64,000 nt of DNA from Amphiscolops sp. MND2022. Taxonomy: Eukaryota. The stretch is taken from contig OZ076418.1 in NCBI GenBank assembly GCA_964187785.1, positions 744,001 to 808,000 of the forward strand, read 5' to 3'. This document shows positions 36,377 to 45,655 of this stretch, piece after piece (position 1 is the stretch's first letter; each line of letters begins with the position of its first letter). The position numbers and the translations under genes are program-made. Under the pieces are notes generated by a model, which saw nothing but the letters and a program-made list of their open reading frames with translations, was not told the origin of the DNA and searched no databases.

Positions 36377-37306
36377 AAGATTACTATTGAATAAGTTGTA
36401 CAGAAAAGTTCTTCAGCGTTTGGGTCAATCAAAAGTTTATATAAAAGCAGTGGTCTCACTCGGAAGAAAGTAGAAACATTTCTCGAATCAAAAAGTGCCT
36501 ATACAAAGTTTAAACAGAGACGAGGAAAATTTAATCGACTTTCTGCTCGAGCTAGATTTATCAATGACATTTGGTGCTTGGATTTAGCGCAAATGGATAG
36601 ACTAGCATCTTACAATTCAGGAGTCAAGTATTTAATGGTTGCCGTTGACATCTTTTCACGATTCGTTCGTGTACAACCTCTAAGAACGAAGAGTGCGAAA
36701 AGTACTGAAAATGCATTTGTCAAGATGTGTGGACGTTCCTCAAATGGATTGGATTTCCCCAAAAAACTTTGGATTGATCGAGGTAAAGAATTCCTCGGTG
36801 ACTTTAAAACTTTTTGTGAAGATGTTGGCATTGTCGTTTATCATACAAACAGTGAAACCAAAGCAGCCTACGCGGAAAGAGTTATTCGATCCTTGAAAAA
36901 TGTTATCTATCGTTATCTAGAGGAGAAGAATACTTTCAATTACTTGAAAGAGCTTCCCGCATTCGTTGAAACACTAAATTCACGCGTGTCCTCGGCCACC
37001 AACTTAGCACCTAAGCATGTGATGAACGAACATTTTCTTCAGGTTTTGTATGGTGCCAGAAATTCGTACAACCCTCTCAAAATTGGACAAAGTGAAGCAA
37101 AGTTTTCCGTCTGAGACAGAGTCCGAATCGCAAAAGTTGATAAAGCCTTTCGACGAGGATATAAATCCCAATTCACAGATGAATTGTTCACTATTACTAA
37201 AATTGCTACTCGCTACCCTATTGTTACCTACATAATCAAAAATCAGACTGGAGAAACAATTTTGGGAAAGTTTTACCAATCAGAATTGTCTCGTCAAATC
37301 ACTTGA
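36348..37306 (+). pseudogene. Retrovirus-like DDE integrase (about 319 aa), disrupted by a frameshift near 36408 and an in-frame TGA at 37112-37114
   Basis: DLAQM / WIDRGKEF / AERVIRSLK catalytic motifs. The C-terminal KF.V(G)DRVRI...GY...FT.E.F...GKFY..EL continues past the TGA. Confidence 0.92.
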
Positions 37307-37309
37307 CAG

Positions 37310-38152
37310 ATGGATAACTTTATTGTCGAGTTGGTTTCGAACGCTTCTTCTTCTATTTACCCTGACAATACACTTGCTTCGTTCACCAATTTTCTTCCCG
37401 AACAATTGTACTTAGATGGTGATTGGGAGGTAGCTCTTCTTGAAATCACTTACCCTGCTCTTTATAACAACATTACTGAGGGTAAATTTTGGTACGTACC
37501 ACAGAGAAGTACTTCCAAAAAAAGCAACAACGAAGAAACGAGGGAAGCATCTAATGAATCTTACGAATCTGTGACTATTCTGCCTGGAATGTATTTATCA
37601 TTAGATGAGATTTTTCAGTCGATGAATGATGCACTCAGGTTGCGCAACAGACAAAGTGTCGAACTAAAATGGAAGGTTGATTCAATTACTAGACACTGTG
37701 AAATTGAGTTAGCATCTGACAAGTCACAACTAGTTTTCGCTAGTCAGGACTTATGTTCGATACTGGGTTTTAGTCAGTCAGTATGGTTTAGTAGCAAAGG
37801 TCCTCACAGGAGTGAGTTTCCAATAGATATTCTGCGTTTCCACTCTGTCATGGTATACACTGATATCGTTGAATTTTCAATCATTGGTGATACCAAAGCT
37901 CCAATTCTGAGATGCTTTCCGTTCAATAATAAAATTCAAAGAGATTCTATATCCGTCACAAAGTATTCCAATTATGTTTCGTTCGACAATTTACAATTCA
38001 GAAGACTTTTGAAAAATTCAATACATTCAATCAAAGTTGAACTGAGAAGTCCGACAGGAGAATTAATCCCTTTCGTTGCAGTCGGCATAACACGACTCAC
38101 TTTACTTTTCAGAAAAACGAAAGCTAGTCCCAAAGACTCGATTCCAATCTGA
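37310..38152 (+). CDS. Minor capsid protein (penton-like, single jelly-roll)
   Basis: N-terminal motif LVSNAS..YPDNTLASFTNFLP...L.GDWEVAL.EI.YP. Confidence 0.88.
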   Translation: MDNFIVELVSNASSSIYPDNTLASFTNFLPEQLYLDGDWEVALLEITYPALYNNITEGKFWYVPQRSTSKKSNNEETREASNESYESVTILPGMYLSLDEIFQSMNDALRLRNRQSVELKWKVDSITRHCEIELASDKSQLVFASQDLCSILGFSQSVWFSSKGPHRSEFPIDILRFHSVMVYTDIVEFSIIGDTKAPILRCFPFNNKIQRDSISVTKYSNYVSFDNLQFRRLLKNSIHSIKVELRSPTGELIPFVAVGITRLTLLFRKTKASPKDSIPI

Positions 38153-38154
38153 TC

Positions 38155-38523
38155 ATGAGAAATGTTCATTTACCTCACTTTAGTGGCGTTCCACGTCAAC
38201 GAGGGAGAGGACTCGGAGCACTTGCTGGTACGATTGCTCGTACCGCTTTTCCTATCTTGAAACGCTTTGTTGTACCAGCTTCAAAAAAAATTGGAAGAGA
38301 TGCTATCGATATAGCCTTACCGCAAGTTGAGGATGTCTTCAGCGGAAAATCATCCGTCAAAAAAGCAATCAGGAAAACAGCTTCTTCAACATTAAAAAAA
38401 CAAATTGGAGGAGGTCATCGGAAAAAAATTAGGAGGTCGAAAGGGAAAGCAAAAAGGTTCATTTCTAAACGAAAGAAGAGAAAACGCAGTCGCGAAGATT
38501 TCTTTAAAAAAATTAAAGAGTAA
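38155..38523 (+). CDS. Basic core/cement-like virion protein with QxGxG motifs
   Basis: RQRGRGLG, KQIGGG and an Arg/Lys-rich tail; located between the minor and major capsid genes. Confidence 0.7.
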   Translation: MRNVHLPHFSGVPRQRGRGLGALAGTIARTAFPILKRFVVPASKKIGRDAIDIALPQVEDVFSGKSSVKKAIRKTASSTLKKQIGGGHRKKIRRSKGKAKRFISKRKKRKRSREDFFKKIKE

Positions 38524-39681
38524 TGTCTGTACCCACTCCTGTGAATCACTCCTCATTAGATGTTTTTGATGGAGTTCCAATTTTGGAACCTATTCTTTGG
38601 TCCAACACTCAACAGACTTTCCCTACTAATTCACTGAATGAAGCTAGTATTGATTTCCATCTAGAGACAGATCGTAATGTAATGTTGGACTTACAGGAAA
38701 CTTATTTACTATTGAAAGTTGAAGTGAAAAAGGATGGCGTAGCCTTAGAAAACGCAGATGAAGTCATGTTCAGTAACAATGCGTTACATTCGCTTTTCTC
38801 CAACTGTGAAGTTTACTTCAACAATGAACAAATTTATACTTCTAATGGATTGTATCCTCACAAAGCACAAATTTCAAATGAATTTTCTGGAACTCGAGGT
38901 CTGAAAGATTCTATTGGAATATGTCAAGGGTACCAGTATGAAAATATCCCAAACGACTTTACTTCCGCTCCTTTCACGGGGAAAGTAATGACAGTGAACA
39001 CTGGAGAAAAAAATGTTTTATGGAAAGCTAGCGATCGATGTGTTCACTTGCGACAAATTTCTTCTACCCAACATCAAAGTTAGAATTCGACTCATTCGTT
39101 CACGACCGAATTTTTATCTCATTAGTACCCAAACAAAGAATTTCCATGCTACAATCAAGGAAGCTTCTCTTTTTACTAGAGTAGTTGCAGTGGATGAACC
39201 TTGTATCCGTACTATCCAGGCAACAATCAAGGAGAGACCAGCTCGTTACAACTTTACAGAGGTTCTTAGTAAAACATTCATTATTCCAAACAACCAGAAC
39301 CAGTTTATTCACGAGAACATTTTCAATGCACCAATTAGGCGAATAGCTATCGCAATGAATACAAACACTGCTTTCACTGGAACTTTGGGAACAAACCCTT
39401 TTCACTATAGAAAATTTGATCTTAGAGAAGTGCGAATCGTGAGGGGAAATCAAGTTATTGTCAGGATGGATACAAGAAATATTGTTCAGACTTATGTTAC
39501 CACGATGAAAGCTCTAAAATTTGAGGATGATGGTCCAAACATACCTTTGTCAGAGTATGAGAATCATTTCGTCCAAGTGTTTGATCTGACCTCCACACAA
39601 GAGGCTAATGTCCAAATGTATTATCCTGATGTAGTCGCTGCCAGTCTCAGACTAGAACTTTTCTTCCAGACAGCACTGACT
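38523..39681 (+). pseudogene. Major capsid protein (double jelly-roll), 5' copy: frameshift at A7 (39007-39013) and C-terminus lost at the duplication junction
   Basis: LHSLFSNCEVYFN...YPHKA, GKLAIDVF..DK.L.PN, NPF.Y..F motifs. Confidence 0.9.
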
Positions 39682-40780
39682 AATCACCGCGTGACGTACA
39701 ACAACTAAAAGTTCTCAGTCGTCAATTAGGAATTGAACGTCAACTAGTAGATTGGTACATTGATGCTACTACAAAACCTTTCGGACACTTGATGATTGAC
39801 CTTAGTCCAAAAACTGATGATCTCATACGTTATGGTACTAATTGTACATCATTTCCTTCACAGTTTTACCTACCTAGCAGTAGAGCACGACAGTGGGTTA
39901 AATGATCAAACCACTGAATTACTTTACTCTGAAACTCTTTTTGACTTTCAACAAAACCCTCCAAAACATTTTCCTCAAAAAATGTTCCAAAGACTTTCTT
40001 CGTTTTCTATGTGAGTGTGTTAAAAATCTACTAGAAGGGAATCTCTGTGATATTCGGCGAAAGCAAATCAAACGGTTTGAATCTTTAATCATTCGGATAA
40101 TTTCCCCAAAGACTTCTGTGAGAACAAGACGTGCTTTGCTAGCCAGTGATAAGGGACTCTCGCTAATCAGATTGATTGGTGGTTGCGTTTTGAAAAAGTT
40201 TGCACATAGATTTGATTGATGGACAAAAGTAAGTTTGTCTTGATTCCCTTATCTTTGTGGGAAAATCTATTCAAAAGTTACTTCGAACCCACAACTACAA
40301 AAGAAAAATCAGCAGGACAAGTTTATCTCAAATTCGGAGGGTCATTAACCCCGAAGACTGATCGTAAGTCGATGGTTTTTGAACCTAAATATAAAGTTAG
40401 TAAAGTTGCTCCCCAATCACCTCTGAAATCGTCGCTACCTAATTTCGAAGAAACCTTGGAGAATAAATACAAGAACAATTCTTCGGCAAAAAAATTCTCA
40501 AAAAGCTGACAACGAACGATTCCATCAAGTTTTCAATCAACAAAACTATAATAGTTGACGACATTGACACTGAAATTGAAGTGGAGGACTTTATCTCGAA
40601 CTTGACAAGGAAGAAAGGTGAATTCGATCCACGCTTCACAATAATTTTGAATGTTCTAGATCTTGATCCATCTACTGTTCAGAATTCTAAAGCTTTCAAT
40701 GACGACAATGCAGGATGGGTCTATTACGCTTTCTGAAAGATTACTATTGAATAAGTTGTACAGAAAAGTTCTTCAGCGTT
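39682..40780 (+). repeat. Internal duplication of 35322-36420
   Basis: Constant offset 4360; at least one SNP (ACAAGTAAA versus ACAACTAAA). Confidence 0.95.
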
Positions 40781-40785
40781 AGAAC

Positions 40786-41437
40786 TTATCTCATTAGTAC
40801 CCAAACAAAGAATTTCCATGCTACAATCAAGGAAGCTTCTCTTTTTACTAGAGTAGTTGCAGTGGATGAACCTTGTATCCGTACTATCCAGGCAACAATC
40901 AAGGAGAGACCAGCTCGTTACAACTTTACAGAGGTTCTTAGTAAAACATTCATTATTCCAAACAACCAGAACCAGTTTATTCACGAGAACATTTTCAATG
41001 CACCAATTAGGCGAATAGCTATCGCAATGAATACAAACACTGCTTTCACTGGAACTTTGGGAACAAACCCTTTTCACTATAGAAAATTTGATCTTAGAGA
41101 AGTGCGAATCGTGAGGGGAAATCAAGTTATTGTCAGGATGGATACAAGAAATATTGTTCAGACTTATGTTACCACGATGAAAGCTCTAAAATTTGAGGAT
41201 GATGGTCCAAACATACCTTTGTCAGAGTATGAGAATCATTTCGTCCAAGTGTTTGATCTGACCTCCACACAAGAGGCTAATGTCCAAATGTATTATCCTG
41301 ATGTAGTCGCTGCCAGTCTCAGACTAGAACTTTTCTTCCAGACAGCACTGACTGAAACAATTGAAGTGATTGTCCTCGGTGAACGATTGTCAACAATTTA
41401 TTTAGACAAAAGTGGAACAGTTGTTAAGAATGGATAA
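40786..41437 (+). pseudogene. Major capsid protein, 3' copy (40786-41353 duplicates 39114-39681; carries the only C-terminus)
   Basis: Offset 1672; ends ...LGERLSTIYLDKSGTVVKNG*. Confidence 0.9.
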
Positions 41438-41834
41438 TGAACAACTATTATCTATTGTCTCGAAAATTAAAAACTTGAAGTATAAATATTTGGGATCTTT
41501 TCCCGCAGATATGGTTCCATTTAATATTGACAAAAATAGTTTCTGTATAATTAACAGCGACTCGAGTACTGAACCCGGAACCCATTGGGTGATGATTGCG
41601 GATCGAGACGGAATACTCTACTTTGGTGATTCCTTGGGAAGACCGTTGGACTACTACAGAAAGATACGATTCAATTCGAACCGATCAGTGAAACTCTTGT
41701 GTAATTTTCGGTTGCAAAGACAAGACTTATGTGGACTATACTGTATTTATTTTGCCCATGTACTCTACAAATATGGAAATTTATCGTACGTTTGTGATAG
41801 TTTAATATTACGTTTCTTTGCTGAGTTTTTATAA
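41430..41834 (+). CDS. Adenain-like cysteine protease (134 aa)
   Basis: PGTHW (His), YFGDSLG (Asp) and Q..DLCGLYC (Cys); ATG overlaps the MCP stop. Confidence 0.92.
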   Translation: MDNEQLLSIVSKIKNLKYKYLGSFPADMVPFNIDKNSFCIINSDSSTEPGTHWVMIADRDGILYFGDSLGRPLDYYRKIRFNSNRSVKLLCNFRLQRQDLCGLYCIYFAHVLYKYGNLSYVCDSLILRFFAEFL

Positions 41835-41899
41835 TAAAATTTCACTTAATTTTCTTTCAAGTGACATTTGAGTATTGCGAGTTTTTTGCAAAATAATTC

Positions 41900-43915
41900 C
41901 AAAGATTTCAAAAATTTTCTTCACTATTTCTCGAGTCATGATATTGTTTTTAAATATTTTTTCATGAGGATTCTGAAAAAGTATGGTTTCATAAACTTTT
42001 GAAAAAATCATTATTTTCCTATTTTTTTTTCTACTAAAATCACTAAGAAAATTTCTCTAAACGTATTTTCGTATCTTAGAATTGATTTCTGAGATGTATT
42101 TTTCATGCGGATTCTGAAAATGTATAGTTTTATAGACTCTTGAAAAAACCATTTTTCAATTTTTTTTCATATTTTTTCTCGAATATTTTCAAGAAATTTT
42201 TGTAGAAACGTTTTTTCGAGTTGTATATATGTTTTCTAAGACGTACTTGTTATAAGGATTCTGAAAATGTATGGTTTAATGGACTTTTGAAAAATTTTTT
42301 TTGCTTTTTTCATATTTTTCCTCGAAATTTTTCAAGAAATTTTTGTCGAAACGTTTTTTCGAGTTGTATATATGTTTTCTAAGACGTACTTGTTATAAGG
42401 ATTCTGAAAATGTATGGTTTAATGGACTTTTGAAAAATTTTTTTTTTGATTTTTTTCACATTTTTTCTCGGAATTTTTCAAGAAATTTTTGTCGAAACGT
42501 TTTTTCGAGTTGTATATATGTTTTCTAAGACGTACTTGTTATAAGGATTCTGAAAATGTATGGTTTAATGGACTTTTGAAAAAATTTTTTTTTGTTTTTT
42601 TTTCACATTTTTTCTCGACATTTTTCAAGAAATTTTTGTCGAAACGTTTTTTTGAGTTGTATATATATGTTTTCTAAGACGTACTTATTATAAGGATTCT
42701 GAAAATGTACAGTTTAATGGACTTTTGAAAAAATTTTTTTGATTTTTTCATATTTTTTCTCGAAATTTTTCAAGAAATTTTTGTCGAAACGTTTTTTCGA
42801 GTTGTATATATGTTTTCTAAGACGTACTTGTTATAAGGATTCTGAAAATGTATGGTTTAATGGACTTTTGAAAATTTTTTTTTGATTTTTTTTCACATTT
42901 TTTCTCGAAATTTTTCAAGAAATTTTTGTCGAAACGTTTTTTCGAGTTGTATATATGTTTTCTAAGACGTACTTGTTATAAGGATTCTGAAAATGTATGG
43001 TTTAATCGACTTTTGAAAAAAACTTTTTTTCGATTTTTTTTTCACATTTTTTCTCGAAATTTTTCAAGAAATTTTTGTCGAAACGTTTTTTCGAGTTGTA
43101 AATATGTTTTCTAAGACATACTTGTTATAAGGATTCTGAAAATGTATGGTTTAATGGACTTTTGAAAAAAATTTTTTTTTGTTTTTTTTTCACATTTTTT
43201 CTCGACATTTTTCAAGAAATTTTTGTCGAAATGTTTTTTTGAGTTGTATATATATGTTTTCTAAGACGTACTTATTATAAGGATTCTGAAAATGTATAGT
43301 TTAATGGACTTTTGAAATTTTTTTTCACAATTTTTCTCGAAATTTTTCAAGAAATTTTTGTCGAAACGTTTTTTCGAGTTGTAAATATGTTTTCTAAGAC
43401 GTACTTGTTATAAGGATTCTGAAAATGTATGATTTTATAGACTTTTGAAAAAATCATTTTTTCTTATTCTTTTTCTACTAAAATCACTAAAAATTTTTCT
43501 CTAAACATTTTTTCAACATTTACAATTGATTTCTGAGATGTATTTTTCAGGAGGATTCTGAAAATGTATGATTTTATAGACTTTTGAAAAAATCATTTTT
43601 TCTTAGTCTTTTTCTACTAAAATCACTAAACATTTTTCTCTAAACATTTTTTCAACATTTACAATTGATTTCTGAGATGTATTTTTCAGGAGGATTCTGA
43701 AAATGTATGATTTTATAGACTTTTGAAGAAATCATTTTTTCTTATTCTTTTTCTACTAAAATCACTAAAAATTTTTCTCTAAACATTTTTTCAACATTTA
43801 CAATTGATTTCTGAAATGTTTTTTTTTCATGAGGATTCTGAAAATGTATGGTTTAATGGACTTTTGAAAAAATCATTTTTTCTTATTCTTTTTCTACTAA
43901 AATCACTAAAAATTA
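41900..43915 (+). repeat. AT-rich tandem array, about 14 units of ~133-150 bp, inside the Polinton
   Basis: GGATTCTGAAAA recurs at about 41968, 42109, 42256, 42399, 42545, 42694, 42837, 42982, 43131, 43281, 43414, 43553, 43692 and 43833. Confidence 0.95.
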
Positions 43916-43994
43916 ATAAATTCGAAATAGTAAACCAATGCAATTGACAAAATTGAAAGCAATAACATTTCAACTTCAATCTCTCGCACAGGGT

Positions 43995-44010
43995 AGCCCT
44001 TAAAAGGGCT
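43995..44010 (-). terminator. Histone-type 3' stem-loop after the RING-like gene
   Basis: Minus strand AACCC-AGCCCT-TTTA-AGGGCT-ACCCT, 23 nt after the stop codon. Confidence 0.65.
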
Positions 44011-44033
44011 GGGTTGAAAAGAAAGTTGACTTA

Positions 44034-44300
44034 CTAGTCGCTCGATGACATGATGACATCGTCCTCTGACTCCTGTTGGATGTTCAGAGAGGTAGAGCGA
44101 CAGTGTGGACATTTGTCTATGTACTGAGAGCAGACAGCTCTACAGAAGACAAAGTCACACACTCCGCAACTAACCCACGAGCACCAACATTTCCTCCGAA
44201 GTGTAAGACAGATGGCACACCTCTCCTTAGTGCCTCTGTGTTCATGGATTCCGAACTCCGCTCCGACTTTTTCACGACTAGTTAACTTTCTCTTAGGCAT
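44034..44300 (-). CDS. Cys-rich RING/FYVE-like zinc-finger protein (88 aa)
   Basis: C-x2-C-x6-C-x-C-x4-C-x2-C-x4-C-x3-C-x6-C-x2-C ending CPHCR; N-terminal PKRK; homologs in the flanking array. Confidence 0.75.
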   Translation of the reverse strand: MPKRKLTSREKVGAEFGIHEHRGTKERCAICLTLRRKCWCSWVSCGVCDFVFCRAVCSQYIDKCPHCRSTSLNIQQESEDDVIMSSSD

Positions 44301-44683
44301 GATTGCAGAATAAAATGATATTGTTCAGACTAAAGAGAGAATCTATAACTCTCCTTTGATTGGTTACAATGAACTGAGTGACTCTACATTGGTTAAGTAC
44401 ATTCTTGTGATTTCTGACCAATAATATCACAGCGCAAAAAACTGATATATAATTAACATTAAACAAAGATCAAAAGAAACCAGATCAGACCCTTAAGATT
44501 AAAGAGAATGAAAATCTCTTTAACCTCAAAGAAAATCTCAGGTGAACCTTACGAGGTCTGGGATTCGAAGAAAAAGAAATAACTAACCTGTAGTTGGCGT
44601 TCCACAAAGTTCAAAGGAAACCGGATCAGAACCTTAAGTTTAAAGAGAAAGTCAATCTTTAAACTCAAAGAAAAATCACTGGT

Positions 44684-44699
44684 AGCCCTTAAAAGGGCT
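44684..44699 (-). terminator. Histone-type 3' stem-loop after the PIP-box ORF
   Basis: Minus strand AACCC-AGCCCT-TTTA-AGGGCT-ACCAG, 22 nt after the stop codon. Confidence 0.65.
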
Positions 44700-44721
44700 G
44701 GGTTTGAAAAGACTAAACAAG

Positions 44722-44931
44722 TTACTTGTAAAAGTCTGTAATTTTACTTTGCTTCGGAAGCTTCCCAACGAAGTTCTTCAGCGTGACGACACTATGCTCA
44801 GCCGGGACGATCAACCAGATCGCCCGGTCTCCATTCTCTCCGTTCACTTCTTCGGCTTGCCTCACCGTAAGGTGGGGTAGCCCATTCTCCCTGGCCCGAC
44901 GGAGCAAAATCTCTCGCCTGCTTTCTAACAT
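44722..44931 (-). CDS. Micro-protein (69 aa) with C-terminal PCNA-interacting PIP box QSKITDFY
   Basis: ATG at 44931; matches the Q-x-x-(ILM)-x-x-(FY)-(FY) consensus at the extreme C-terminus; followed by the stem-loop. Confidence 0.6.
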   Translation of the reverse strand: MLESRREILLRRARENGLPHLTVRQAEEVNGENGDRAIWLIVPAEHSVVTLKNFVGKLPKQSKITDFYK

Positions 44932-45174
44932 CCTCACAAAAATTCGGTATTTTAAGTAACTTGTTTGTGACTACAAAAATTGAGGTATGATGGTAAGGTT
45001 TCAAAATTGGAAAAGTTGGTAGAAATTGATCTTGACGGAATATGATTGGATGAAATTGCTAGATCCTATTTTAAAAATCCTGATAAAGATGATTTTTTGC
45101 CTTGACAGCATGTCTGGTTGAGTTAGTAAATTTATTAATGTTGAAAAGGAAACCTTGAAGTGATAATTATTTTT

Positions 45175-45410
45175 TCTGACGGGTAGTCTACTTTACTGAA
45201 CTAGTTAATAGTCCTTGAATAGAAATCCACTAACAGATAATTACTCTTGCTGACGGGTAGTCTACTTTACTGAACTAGTTAATGTTCGTTGAATAGAAAT
45301 CCACTAACACATAATTACTTTCGCCGACGGGTAGTCTACTTTACTGAACTAGTTAATAGTCCTTGAATAGAAATTCACTAACACATAATTACTTTCGCCG
45401 ACGGGTAGTC
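45175..45410 (-). repeat. Subterminal ~74-bp tandem repeats sharing the CTACCCGTC..AAGTAATTAT core
   Basis: Three full units plus the copy inside the TIR. Confidence 0.8.
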
Positions 45411-45655
45411 TGATAAGATTGACAGGTTCTTTTGTTTGAGGAGATAATTAGTTCATATAGTAGTCGGATGACCTTCACAGGTTATTTGACTCAAATAAGA
45501 CAGTTCTCGGGTGAATGAACTCCTAGCTGGCTGATAAAATTGGCAGGTTCTTAATTTGAGGAGATAAATTTCTAAAGGATATTGAAGCGGAACACGAAAA
45601 AAGGTAAATGAACTCCTCACTTTATACCTGCCACATTGGAACATATACTACTACT
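45385..45655 (-). repeat. Right terminal inverted repeat
   Basis: Reverse complement of 25545-25813. Confidence 0.95.

Larger units (their letters stand above)
25545..45655 (+). mobile_element. Polinton/Maverick (adintovirus-like endogenous virus), 20,111 bp
   Basis: Termini AGTAGTAGT.../...ACTACTACT, ~270-bp TIRs and 6-bp TSD GCTAGG (25539-25544 and 45656-45661). Encodes pPolB, ATPase, integrase, minor and major capsid proteins and protease. Confidence 0.97.

Noticed and set aside
42301-43114. ORFs of 62-75 aa in the ORF track
   Set aside because: They are translations of the AT-rich satellite, Phe/Lys-biased and repeated.
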